A stretch of DNA of 64,000 nt from contig JAZKFH010000015.1 of the NCBI GenBank assembly GCA_040386535.1, positions 284,800-348,799 on the forward strand. Direction: 5' to 3'. Shown in pieces: positions 38,796 through 48,451 of this stretch (position 1 is the stretch's first letter; the number at the start of each line of letters is the position of its first letter). The translations under genes were made by a program, and so were the position numbers. The stretch is from Myxococcota bacterium. GTDB lineage: Bacteria; Myxococcota_A; UBA796; SXON01. The notes beneath the pieces were generated by a model. The model searched no databases. It worked only from the letters and a program-made list of their open reading frames with translations, and had not been told where the DNA came from.

Positions 38796-40178
38796 ATGGT
38801 CCTCGCGTTGTTGGCCGGCTGCGCCCTCCTCGAGACGGCGGTCGACGTCCCGCCGGTCGCCCGGCGCGACGAGGGGCCGGACGTCGTGTTCGTCGTGCTC
38901 GACACCCTGCGCGCCGACGCGCTGATGCAGTACGGCTACGGCGAGCTGACCAGCCCCAACCTGGGCGCGTTCGTCCGCCACGCCACCCGGTTCGAGGCCG
39001 CCTACGCGCCCGCCCCGTGGACCGTCCCGAGCACCACCACGATCCTGACGGGGGTGCACCCGCTCCGCCACGGCATGCGCCACCCCGGAGATGTCGTGCC
39101 GGCCGCGCTCGACACGCTCGCGGAGCGGCTGCGGGGCGCGGGATGGCGCACCGCCGCGTTCTCCCACAACATCAGCGTCGCGCCCAAGAACGGGTTCGAC
39201 CAGGGCTTCGACAGCTTCACGACCTTCAGCGGCGACATCCTCGACTACCCCCACGCGGGCGAGATGACGGCCGGGGTGCGCGGTTGGCTGGACGCGAACC
39301 CGACGGGGCCCGCGTTCTTGTACCTCCAGCCGATGAACTGCCACGGCCCCTACAAGGTGCCGAAGGCGTCGAGGGAAACGCTGCTCGGGCGCGCGCCGCT
39401 CGGCGGCTTCCGGTACTACCAGGGCCCGATGCGGGACATCCTCAAGCGCGGCGATCTCGCGGCGCGCGCGCGGGTGGCCCCCATCGTCAAGCGGAGCTTG
39501 CGGGAGCAGTACGACACGTCGGTGCGGTACGCGACCGACGAGGTGGGCCGGCTGTTCGCCGAGCTCGAGGCGAAGGGGCGCTACGACAACGCGCTCATCG
39601 TGCTCACCGCGGACCACGGCGAGGAGTTGTTCGACCACGGCGGCTTCTCCCACGGCTACTCGCTGCACCGCGAGGTCCTGCACGTGCCGCTCTGGGTGAA
39701 GCTGCCCGGGCAGAAGCGGGCGACCGTCGTGTCGGAGCCGGTGAGCCTCGCGGACCTCGTCCCCACCGTACTCGACAGCCTCGCGCTCTCCCCGTCCGCA
39801 GACGGGCCGGCCGCCCCCCCGATGGACGGCCGCTCGCTCACGCCGCTCCTCCGCGGCGAGTCCCTCCCGGCCCGGCCGCTGCTGTTCGACATCGACTGGG
39901 GCCGCCGCGCCGTGGCCCAGGCGGTGCTGGACGGGAGCTGGAAGCTCATCCGCATCCAGACCAACTACGAGGGGCTGCGCGACGTGACGCGCCTCTACGA
40001 CGTCGCCGCCGACCCGCTCGAGTCGACCGACCTCTCGGCCACCGAGCCCGCGCGGGTCACGACGCTGGGCGCCACGCTCGACCGCCTCGCCGCGTCCTAC
40101 GCTGGCGGCGCCACCCCCGAGAACGTCCTCTCCGAGATGGACGCCGCGCAGCTCGAGGCGCTCGGGTACCTCGAGTAG
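38796..40178 (+). CDS. Sulfatase-fold lipoprotein
   Basis: Lipobox LLAGC; VLDTLRAD, APWTVPSTTTILTG, TADHGEE, HVPL, LEALGY. Confidence 0.92.
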   Translation: MVLALLAGCALLETAVDVPPVARRDEGPDVVFVVLDTLRADALMQYGYGELTSPNLGAFVRHATRFEAAYAPAPWTVPSTTTILTGVHPLRHGMRHPGDVVPAALDTLAERLRGAGWRTAAFSHNISVAPKNGFDQGFDSFTTFSGDILDYPHAGEMTAGVRGWLDANPTGPAFLYLQPMNCHGPYKVPKASRETLLGRAPLGGFRYYQGPMRDILKRGDLAARARVAPIVKRSLREQYDTSVRYATDEVGRLFAELEAKGRYDNALIVLTADHGEELFDHGGFSHGYSLHREVLHVPLWVKLPGQKRATVVSEPVSLADLVPTVLDSLALSPSADGPAAPPMDGRSLTPLLRGESLPARPLLFDIDWGRRAVAQAVLDGSWKLIRIQTNYEGLRDVTRLYDVAADPLESTDLSATEPARVTTLGATLDRLAASYAGGATPENVLSEMDAAQLEALGYLE

Positions 40179-40188
40179 CGCGCGTCCT

Positions 40189-40896
40189 CTACGGGTCGAG
40201 GCGGATGCCGACCTCGCGCGACTGGGCGCCGTAGATCGCGCCGCCCTCGCCGAAGCCCGCGTCGAGCGTGCCGGTACGCCGACGGTCCACCACCACCTTG
40301 GCGGCGCAGGACTGCGGGGTCTCCTCGTCGATCGGGCGCAGCGTGCCGGGCTCGATGGTCACCGTGCCGGGATCCCCCTCGACGGCCACGTAGTGATCGA
40401 AGATGCAGTCTCCGCTCACCGTGACCTGCATCGCGTCGTCCGTGCCGGCGTCTCCCCAGGTGACGACGAGCGGATCGGTGGCGCGCGCGAACACCGCGTT
40501 GGCGGTGGGGCCGGTGAGGGCGAAGGGGGCGGGGAGCGAGGTGGTGCTCTCGGGCGCTCCCGCGTCGACCGAGCGCGTGAAGGCGAACGAGAACGGCGTG
40601 TCCGCGGCGTCCCCGTCGAAGTCCGCGCCGTAGGTGTAGTAGTCGCCGAGGCTCATCACGAGCAGCGTCTCCGTGACGTCGCCGGAGGTGACGGTGAGCG
40701 CGTCGTCCCCCACGAGCTCGACGTACGTGGTCGACATTCCACCGCCGACCCGGAGCGTGGCCTGGGCCCGCGTCATGCCGGTGCCCCCGGCGGTCGCCGT
40801 GAGGTCGGCAAAGAGGCCGTCCGTCAGGGTGTTCTTCGACTCGACGGACGCGCAGGCGGCGAGGGGCAGCAGCAGGATGAGGGGGGTCAGGCGCAT
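40189..40896 (-). CDS. Lipoprotein of unknown function
   Basis: GAGGA RBS; lipobox LPLAAC. Confidence 0.8.
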   Translation of the reverse strand: MRLTPLILLLPLAACASVESKNTLTDGLFADLTATAGGTGMTRAQATLRVGGGMSTTYVELVGDDALTVTSGDVTETLLVMSLGDYYTYGADFDGDAADTPFSFAFTRSVDAGAPESTTSLPAPFALTGPTANAVFARATDPLVVTWGDAGTDDAMQVTVSGDCIFDHYVAVEGDPGTVTIEPGTLRPIDEETPQSCAAKVVVDRRRTGTLDAGFGEGGAIYGAQSREVGIRLDP

Positions 40897-41009
40897 GGGA
40901 TTCCTCCGTGTCGAGCCTATCGACATTCGTGGGACACGCGAGCGCTACCGCCTCGCAGACGAATTTGTCGTCCTCGCGCCGATCCGCTCGCGCTACGTTC
41001 GCCCCGGAG

Positions 41010-42041
41010 GTGGCCATCCGTCCGCGCGTCCTGTTCCTCTACACCGGGGGCACCCTCGGCATGCTCAAGCGTACGGTCGGCCCCACCGACGCAGCGAGCC
41101 CGTTCGGCATCCCGTTGGCGCCCTCCCACGTCGCGGAGGACGTGCTGGCCTACGTGCGCGGCCTGGAGGAGGAGGTCGACGTCGAGGGCGAGCTCCTCTG
41201 CAACCTCGACTCCTCCGACATGGGGCCGCCCCACTGGGCGCGCATCGGCGGGGCCATCGCGGCCCGCATCCACCGGTACGACGGGTTCGTGGTGCTCCAC
41301 GGCACCGACACGATGGCGTGGACCGCCTGCGCGCTCTCCTACGCGCTACGCGGGCTGCCGAAGCCGGTGGTGCTCACGGGCTCCCAGCGCCCCATCGCGT
41401 TCGTCCGCACCGACGCCCGCGTGAACCTCGTCCACTCCGCGCTCTGCGCCACGATGGACGTGCCCGAGGTCGGCATCTACTTCGGCCGGTGGCTCTTCCG
41501 CGGCAACCGCGCCACCAAGACCAGCATCCAGGCCTACGACGCGTTCGAGAGCCCCGATCTGCCGCCGCTCGTGGAGATGGGCGTCGAGGTGCTCCACCGC
41601 ACGCCGCCGCGCCGCCCCACCGGCCCCTTCGAGCCCCGCTTCGGGTTCGACGAGGAGGTCGTGGTGCTCGACATCGTCCCGGGCAGCGCGCCGCGTGCGC
41701 TCCAGGCCGCCGTCGCCGCGGGCGCCCGCGGGGTCGTGCTCCGGGGCTTCGGCGCCGGGAACGTGCCCCAGCGCGGGTGGCCGGACACCATCCGGGCCGC
41801 GGTTGCCTCGGGGGTGGCGGTCGCGCTCCACAGCCAATGCCTGCGCGGGACGGTCGACCTGTCGGCCTACGAGGGCGGCCGCGCCGCGTTGGACGCGGGG
41901 GCGCTCCCCACCGGCTCGATGACGGTCGAGGCCGCGACGGTCAAGCTGATGTTCCTCCTCGCGCAGGGCCTGGACGCCGCCGGCCTCCGCGCCGCCTACA
42001 CGTCCGACCTCGCGGGCGAGGGCGCCGCCACCGGATCGTAG
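41010..42041 (+). CDS. ansA: Type I (cytoplasmic) L-asparaginase
   Basis: YTGGTLGM, LDSSDM, HGTDTMA, TGSQRP, RGNRATK, FGAGN, MTVEAATVKL; start uncertain. Confidence 0.9.
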   Translation: MAIRPRVLFLYTGGTLGMLKRTVGPTDAASPFGIPLAPSHVAEDVLAYVRGLEEEVDVEGELLCNLDSSDMGPPHWARIGGAIAARIHRYDGFVVLHGTDTMAWTACALSYALRGLPKPVVLTGSQRPIAFVRTDARVNLVHSALCATMDVPEVGIYFGRWLFRGNRATKTSIQAYDAFESPDLPPLVEMGVEVLHRTPPRRPTGPFEPRFGFDEEVVVLDIVPGSAPRALQAAVAAGARGVVLRGFGAGNVPQRGWPDTIRAAVASGVAVALHSQCLRGTVDLSAYEGGRAALDAGALPTGSMTVEAATVKLMFLLAQGLDAAGLRAAYTSDLAGEGAATGS

Positions 42042-42104
42042 GGAGTGCGGTAGCGCTCGAGGCCGCCGACGATCGGCGCGCCTACGCTCTCCACGGAGGG
42101 GAAC

Positions 42105-42506
42105 ATGCGCATCGCCATCCTGCTCGTCCTGGGGGGCGCGGCCTTCGCGTCCGCGCTCGCGCTCGCCGAGCCCGCCGACACCGAGGCCGAGGCGCGCGCC
42201 CTCGTGGAGGAGCACCAGGTCTGCACCGAGGACGTCGGCTGCGAGCTGCAGAGCTTCGAGGCGCTGCTCGGCCCCGACACCTGCCTCGCGGCGTTCCAGT
42301 GCTCCGTCGCCTTGTCCGCGGACGCCGATCTGACCGCGTTCCAGCGCGCGGCGGAGCCGCTCATCGCGGAGCAGCGCGCGTCGGGGGCGTGCGCGATGGC
42401 GGCGTGTTCTCCGCCGTCGGAGCTGCGTGCGGCGTGTGTGTCCGGACGTTGCGAGCTCCTGCCGGCGCGGGCGAATCCCCAGGGGGCACCTCTCCCGATC
42501 CGGTGA
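42105..42506 (+). CDS. Small secreted Cys-rich protein
   Basis: GGAGG RBS; signal peptide; 8 Cys including CVSGRC. Confidence 0.7.
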   Translation: MRIAILLVLGGAAFASALALAEPADTEAEARALVEEHQVCTEDVGCELQSFEALLGPDTCLAAFQCSVALSADADLTAFQRAAEPLIAEQRASGACAMAACSPPSELRAACVSGRCELLPARANPQGAPLPIR

Positions 42507-42583
42507 CGACGCGAGCACGACATTGACGTCGCTGTCGCGGGTGCCGGAGGCTGGGGCTACCGTGCGCCGCAAGAGGACCCCTC

Positions 42584-44056
42584 ATGCGCGCTTCCCTTGC
42601 CCTTCTCGTACTGCTCGCCGCCTGCACCGGAACCGACGACAAGCCGACGGACACCGCCGGTGATTCGGATACGGACGGCGACACCGATCTGCCGACCGAC
42701 GACACGGGCACCGCGGACCCGCATGCGCCCTCCAAGCCCGAGATCGTGATTGCGCCTGCCGCCCCTCCGGCGGGGGTCGGGTTTTCGGTAGTCATGGTCA
42801 CGCCATCGGTGGATCCGGACGGGGATCTCGTGGCCTACCGCTACGCGTGGACCGAGAACGGCACCCTCCGCGCCGACCTGGTCGGCGAGGCCGTCGCCGG
42901 CACCGAGACCGCGGACGGGGAGAGCTGGGCGGTGACTGTCACCCCTACCGACGGCACGCTGGACGGCACCCCCGCCACGGCGACGGTCACCATCGGCGGC
43001 AACAGCGCGCCCTCGGCCTTCGGCGTCACCTTCTCCCCGGCCCTCCCGCTCGACGGCGAGGACTTCTCCATCGTGCTCGATCCGGCGCCGGTCGACCCCG
43101 ACGGGGATCCGCTCACCGTGTCGGTCACCTGGTGGGAGGACGAGTCGCTCAACACGGTCCACACCGACAAGCTCACCATCGAGGGCCGCTACGTCAGCGG
43201 CGGCGAACAGTACCGCGCCATCGTGTCCGTGACCGACGGCTACCACGAGCCCGTCGTCGCGGAGGGCACGGTCACCGTGGCGAACAACCCGCCCGAGATC
43301 ACCTCGGTGCGCGTGGAGCCGACCAACCCCGCCGACGCCCAGGACCTCGTCGTGACCGCGCGCGCCACCGACCCCGACGGGAGCGACGTGACGTTCGCCT
43401 ACGCCTGGTATCGTGACGGCGTCGAGGCCACCGACGTGGGGAACACGGACACCGTGCCCGCCGCCGCCACGCAGGTCGACGAGACCTGGTACGTCGTCGT
43501 GACCGCCTCGGACGGCGGCGACGAGGTCAGCGCCACCTCCGACAGCGTCACCGTCATCCCGTTCGACGGGATGATCTACGCGCAGAGCTTCACCGCGCGC
43601 ATCGCGCCGGGCGGGGCGACGGGGACGGGGACCTTCGCGTACGAGATGTTGACCCACGGCGAACGCATCGGGGACAACGAGTGCGCGCTGCAATGGGACG
43701 CGGCCTTGACCGAGGATGCCCGCGTGTGCCCCGGCTGCGAATACTCGTTCGACGTGGCGTTCACGTACGACGCGGCCGGATCGACGGCAGGGAGCGGCCG
43801 GGACTGCGAGTCGCTCGCGGATGACGCCGACGGCATCATGACCTACACGTCCCGTCGCACCTACTTCACGGTGAACCTCTACTCGACGGACTACTACGGC
43901 TCCGCGTACATGAGCATGAGCGGCACCGGCAGCTACACCTACGACGGCACGTACTCCTACGACTACAGCAACTACGGCATCACCCAGGAGACGGACACCG
44001 CGGGCTACACGACGTTCACCGCGTTCGAGACCATCCGGCGGTTCTACTACCGGTAA
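42584..44056 (+). CDS. Lipoprotein with three tandem Ig-like repeats
   Basis: Lipobox LLAAC; three DPDG..Y/V.W..VT.TDG..N.PP repeats. Confidence 0.85.
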   Translation: MRASLALLVLLAACTGTDDKPTDTAGDSDTDGDTDLPTDDTGTADPHAPSKPEIVIAPAAPPAGVGFSVVMVTPSVDPDGDLVAYRYAWTENGTLRADLVGEAVAGTETADGESWAVTVTPTDGTLDGTPATATVTIGGNSAPSAFGVTFSPALPLDGEDFSIVLDPAPVDPDGDPLTVSVTWWEDESLNTVHTDKLTIEGRYVSGGEQYRAIVSVTDGYHEPVVAEGTVTVANNPPEITSVRVEPTNPADAQDLVVTARATDPDGSDVTFAYAWYRDGVEATDVGNTDTVPAAATQVDETWYVVVTASDGGDEVSATSDSVTVIPFDGMIYAQSFTARIAPGGATGTGTFAYEMLTHGERIGDNECALQWDAALTEDARVCPGCEYSFDVAFTYDAAGSTAGSGRDCESLADDADGIMTYTSRRTYFTVNLYSTDYYGSAYMSMSGTGSYTYDGTYSYDYSNYGITQETDTAGYTTFTAFETIRRFYYR

Positions 44057-44093
44057 CGAGCGTGTTCGGAGTGGAAGCTGGTAGCATCCACCC

Positions 44094-46103
44094 ATGTTCG
44101 CACGGGTGACTTGGGTGATGCTTGGTTTGCCGGCGTGTGGGGGGCCTGGAAGCCCCCCCGCCGACCGGCCCTCCGACTCCGGCTCCCGCGACTCCGGCTC
44201 CGCCGACGATCCCGACGCCTGCGCGCTCGTCGCGCCCCCGGCATTGGACGCGGACACCTGGACCGCGGCGGGCCCGGTCCCCGCCAACGGATTCCTGACG
44301 CTCGCCAGCGACGGGGGGGCCCCGGTGTACGTCGGGTCCCACACCACCGGCCTCTGGGTGGCGGACGACACCCTGGCCTGGGACGCCGTCGTGGTCGACA
44401 TCACCCACACCCTCGCCGAATTGGCGCTCCGGCCCGGCGATCCGTCGCACCTGTTCCGCTCGGCGGGCGGAAACCTGACACGCACGCGGGATGGCGGCGC
44501 CAGCTGGGACAAGCTCGCGCTCGGCCTCGTGGACGGTTCGGGCTCCGAGGACCCGGTCTGGGCGGTCGCGACGACCCCGTGGAGCCCGGATCGTGTGCTC
44601 GCCCTGCAGAAGAGCGGCGCGGCCACGCTCTCCACGGACGACGGGGACACGTTCGTGTCTCGCGGCTACGCGCCCATCCACGAGCCGCCGATGGCCGAGG
44701 ACCCGTTCCAGACCTACGCCTGGCGCGTGCTCCCGGAGGCCGCGGAGGGCGGCCGCGTCGTGTTCGGCGACGGCTTCGGCGTGGCCGTCTCGGACGACGA
44801 GATGGGCGGCTGGCTCCGCACCCTCGACACCCCGCTGGGCGGCTACTCGCTGCTGCGCGATCCGCGCGACCCGCGGCACGTCATCGTCGGCGGGCCCGAC
44901 GGGCTCTACGTCTCCACCGACGAGGGCTCCACGTGGTCCATCCAGGACATCGGCGGGGACGTGATCCTCGGCGCCTGGGCCCGCGACGGCTCGTGGCTGG
45001 CGCTCGTCGGCAACACGGAGGTGTACGTCTCGACCGACGCCGGCCATACCTTCGCCGCCCGGGCCCACGGCGTGCTCCACCCCTCCGCGATGGCGCTGCT
45101 CGACGACGGCCGGCTCCTGCTCACCCATCACAGCGGCCTCGTCGTGAGCGCCGACCGTGGCGCCACGTGGACGGACGCGGCCGCGGGCCTCGAGGACCGC
45201 GGGATGGCGGTGGTGGTGCCGCACCCGACGTGCGCGTCGCGCGTGTTCACCGGGAGCCGCTGCAGCGGCGGGCTGTCGCGCTCCGAGGACTACGGCGCCA
45301 CCTGGTCGAACGTGTCCCACTACCTCCACTACGTCATGGGCCTGCACTTCGACCCCTCCGTGGAGAGCCGCGTGTGGGCCGTCTCGGATGACCGGCTGCT
45401 GGTGAGTGACGACGGCGGCGCCACGTGGGAGGAGCGGGTCCGGCGCTACCACTTCCACGGGTTCGTCCTGCACCCGGACAATCCCGACGTGCTCCTGCTC
45501 GGCAGCGTGGGCGGCGGCGAATGGGCTGACGCGTCCGCGCGGGTCTACCGCAGCGACGACGGCGGCGAGACCTGGGCCGACAGCTCGACGGGCCTGCCCG
45601 ACACGGACGCCTCCGCGCACGTGCTACTGCGGTGGCCGGGCGCGCCGGACGTGGTGCTGCTCGGCACCTACAAGGGCGGCGGCGTGTCCCATGCCACCGG
45701 CGTGGGCGTCGGGCTGTTCCGCTCCACGGACGGCGGCGCCAGCTGGGCGCAGGCGGAGTTGGATGTCACCAACGTGGCGGGCCTCGTGGCGACGCCGGAC
45801 GCCGTTTACGCCGCCACGGGCGCGGGGATCTGGCGCTCGGACGACCTCGGGGTGACCTGGGCGCAGATGGCCGGGCCCACGGGCGCCGTGCTGACCCTCG
45901 CCCTCCATGACGACGTGGGGCTGGCCCTCGGCGAGGACGGCACGGTGTGGAAGAGCGGCGACGGCGGAGCGACGTGGGTGGAGCACGACACCGGCGTCGC
46001 GAAGAACCCCACCACCTCGCTCGCCCAGGCCGCGATCTCGGCGGACGGCGCGGTGGGGTACATCACGGTGTTCGACCACGGGGTGTGGCGCATCGGCTTG
46101 TGA
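44094..46103 (+). CDS. BNR/Asp-box beta-propeller lipoprotein (VPS10/GH74-like fold)
   Basis: More than ten S.D.G.TW Asp-box repeats; LPAC lipobox. Confidence 0.9.
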   Translation: MFARVTWVMLGLPACGGPGSPPADRPSDSGSRDSGSADDPDACALVAPPALDADTWTAAGPVPANGFLTLASDGGAPVYVGSHTTGLWVADDTLAWDAVVVDITHTLAELALRPGDPSHLFRSAGGNLTRTRDGGASWDKLALGLVDGSGSEDPVWAVATTPWSPDRVLALQKSGAATLSTDDGDTFVSRGYAPIHEPPMAEDPFQTYAWRVLPEAAEGGRVVFGDGFGVAVSDDEMGGWLRTLDTPLGGYSLLRDPRDPRHVIVGGPDGLYVSTDEGSTWSIQDIGGDVILGAWARDGSWLALVGNTEVYVSTDAGHTFAARAHGVLHPSAMALLDDGRLLLTHHSGLVVSADRGATWTDAAAGLEDRGMAVVVPHPTCASRVFTGSRCSGGLSRSEDYGATWSNVSHYLHYVMGLHFDPSVESRVWAVSDDRLLVSDDGGATWEERVRRYHFHGFVLHPDNPDVLLLGSVGGGEWADASARVYRSDDGGETWADSSTGLPDTDASAHVLLRWPGAPDVVLLGTYKGGGVSHATGVGVGLFRSTDGGASWAQAELDVTNVAGLVATPDAVYAATGAGIWRSDDLGVTWAQMAGPTGAVLTLALHDDVGLALGEDGTVWKSGDGGATWVEHDTGVAKNPTTSLAQAAISADGAVGYITVFDHGVWRIGL

Positions 46104-46140
46104 GGCCGGTGGCTTGCCCGAGTTGTCACGCCCAGGGTTG

Positions 46141-47106
46141 CTACGCGCGCGAGAGGATCCCGGTCAGGCAACCCAACGCGCCAGCGGCCTTGACGTACTC
46201 GGACACCTCGACGGGGTGGCACTCGACGCCGTGGGCCTCGTAGCGTGCCATGGTGCGCGGGCAGCGCGCGGGCATCACGATACGGCCGGGTGCCAATGTC
46301 ACGAAATTCATCGCGCGGAGGTCCTCGGTCTCGGTGTCGCTCCCAAGCTCGATGAGCTCGATGGCACCGCCGGACGAGGTGCGCAGGGCGTCGCGGAGGG
46401 AAGGGGTCACGTGCGCGGACAACACGGCGGCGAGATCGGGCCGGATGAGGTTGACCACGCCCAGCAGGTGCTGCACGCCCGCGCCCACCTCGACCGGGAC
46501 CACGCGCACACCCATGTCGGCGAGCACGGGCGTGATCTGGCGCACCGCGGCGTCGTTCGTGCGCTTGCCGACGCCGATGAGCACGGTCTGCTCGTCGAGC
46601 CACATCGCGTCGGCGCCCTCGAACAGCGCCTCGCCGCGCGGGGTGAGCAGGATGGGCACCCCAAGCGACGCGAGCGCCTCGGCGGTGCCACGCTCCTCGC
46701 CGGCACGCTGGCGGGCGGCCATGCGCGCGAGGATGGCGCCCTCGGGCGTCATGAAGAACAGATCACATTGGAACAGGTGGTTCGGCTTGGGAGCGGCGGG
46801 CCGGAACAGGTGAGGTGTAACCCCCTGCGAACGGTAGAACGTCGCGAGCGCCTCGGTCTGCGCGCGGAGCGTGGGCAGGTGGGGGCGATCCAACATCAAC
46901 CACGCGTCCGGATCCTCGGGGTACTCCTGCTCCTCGCCGGGGAGGGCCAGCAGCACGTCCCGCAGCGGGGCTACGTGGGAGCGCACCGCGTAGGGAGCCC
47001 ACACCGTGCCGATCTCCGCGGCATGGGTCGCCGCGCGGGGCTCCCAGCCGGGGCCGCCGAGGGTGGAGGGGAGGGCGTCAGGTCCAGGTTGCGGGGTCGG
47101 GTGCAT
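46141..47106 (-). CDS. Amidinotransferase/DDAH/arginine deiminase (pentein) family protein
   Basis: RAGEE, FEGAD, IGVGKRTN, QHL, NFVTLAPG, SEY.KAAGALGCLT with catalytic Cys. Confidence 0.9.
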   Translation of the reverse strand: MHPTPQPGPDALPSTLGGPGWEPRAATHAAEIGTVWAPYAVRSHVAPLRDVLLALPGEEQEYPEDPDAWLMLDRPHLPTLRAQTEALATFYRSQGVTPHLFRPAAPKPNHLFQCDLFFMTPEGAILARMAARQRAGEERGTAEALASLGVPILLTPRGEALFEGADAMWLDEQTVLIGVGKRTNDAAVRQITPVLADMGVRVVPVEVGAGVQHLLGVVNLIRPDLAAVLSAHVTPSLRDALRTSSGGAIELIELGSDTETEDLRAMNFVTLAPGRIVMPARCPRTMARYEAHGVECHPVEVSEYVKAAGALGCLTGILSRA

Positions 47107-48451
47107 AACCAAGTCGCTCCATGAGCTCGCGCGAGGTGGGATCGGACAGGACGGGGGAGAGCAGGTCGGCCCGCTTGAACCAACGTCGGCGCCGCGGCGC
47201 CTCGGTCGCCATGACGGCCGGGAGCGCGCCGGCGAGCACGGTGGCGAGCGGCTCGTCCATCGTGATGCCGAGCCAGCGGGTGAGCGCCCCGAACAGGTCT
47301 TCCCGGCGCTCGCGCGTCCCGACGACATCCTCGAAGCGGAGGCGCAACACGTGGTCACGACGCGCCGAGTCCGCCTCGGCCCAATCGAGCAGGGCCCGGT
47401 GGGCGGAGCGCCACTGGAACGCGCACACCTCTTCGAGGCCGCGGTGGGTCCAGGCCTCCCACTCGGGCGGCAGATCGAACTTCCACCACCGCGCGCCCCA
47501 CGCGGGGAAGGTGTCGGTGTAGCCGCCGATTTGGAGCGGCACGGAGACGGCGTGGGAGTAGAAGCCGGGGAACCGCCACCCGTCGTAGAGCCCGTTCACG
47601 CTCGCGGCGACGTTGCGGGTGAGGTGGAGGAGCTTGATCTCGGCGTTGGGGAACAGCGCCTGGAGGAAGGGGAGGCGGTAGGCGTTGCTCGGCGTCTTCA
47701 CGACGACGGGGCGAGTGGCGAGGGCCTCGACGGACGCGCGCCGCCACGGCACGATCGGCACGAACGGCGGCTCCTCGACGAGCAACGGGGACGGCGGGCC
47801 GGCGGGGAGGGGCGCGCCGGGGTCGCAGCGCTCGACCAGCGCGCGGGACAGGTCGTAGTAGTGGGCGTTGATCGACGGGTACACGCGGCGCATCCGCGCC
47901 AGGAACAACGCGTGGAACAACGAGGCGTCGGGGAAGCCGCCGAGGGGCCACCCGTGCTGATCGTGGAGCTCCGCGAGCGTGGCGGTGGCGGCGGCGCGCA
48001 CCTCGGGCAGGGCGACCGGCACGGTGGGCCACTGCATCGTGAGCCGCACCGCGAGGTCGACCACGAAGCGGGCCACGCTCTCGGCGTCGGGGAGCACGTC
48101 GAGGGCGGTGCCGCAGTCGAACGCGAGGTCGGCGGAGAGCGCGTCCAGATCGGGCCCGCTCGGCGCGTGGCGGGCCTCGAGCGCGTCGGAGCCGGCGCCG
48201 CTCTCGGGCCAGGCGAGGCCGGCGAGCACGAAGAAGGGGTTCACCTCGGCCCGGAAGTGGAGCAGCTGCGGGGTCCGCCGGAGGATCTCCGCGAAGATGC
48301 TCGAGCCGCCCCGCGAGCTCGATCCGATGACCACGACGGTGCGGACGCGCTCGCGGAAGCGGTCGGCGCCGCCGTCGTAGCCGGGCTCGCTCCGCAGGGC
48401 GTGGAGGCGGGCGCGGACATCGGCGAGGAGGGACGCGGGCTCAGCCGACAT
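47078..48451 (-). CDS. Sulfotransferase-family protein with large insertion
   Basis: IGSSSRGGSS PAPS-loop, VVKTPSN, LTRN..ASV, LRFEDV. Confidence 0.8.
   Translation of the reverse strand: MSAEPASLLADVRARLHALRSEPGYDGGADRFRERVRTVVVIGSSSRGGSSIFAEILRRTPQLLHFRAEVNPFFVLAGLAWPESGAGSDALEARHAPSGPDLDALSADLAFDCGTALDVLPDAESVARFVVDLAVRLTMQWPTVPVALPEVRAAATATLAELHDQHGWPLGGFPDASLFHALFLARMRRVYPSINAHYYDLSRALVERCDPGAPLPAGPPSPLLVEEPPFVPIVPWRRASVEALATRPVVVKTPSNAYRLPFLQALFPNAEIKLLHLTRNVAASVNGLYDGWRFPGFYSHAVSVPLQIGGYTDTFPAWGARWWKFDLPPEWEAWTHRGLEEVCAFQWRSAHRALLDWAEADSARRDHVLRLRFEDVVGTRERREDLFGALTRWLGITMDEPLATVLAGALPAVMATEAPRRRRWFKRADLLSPVLSDPTSRELMERLGYAPDPATWT

Noticed and set aside
42523..42563. Sigma70 promoter upstream of 42584
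   Set aside because: TTGACG is present but no -10 element lies at 16-18 bp spacing
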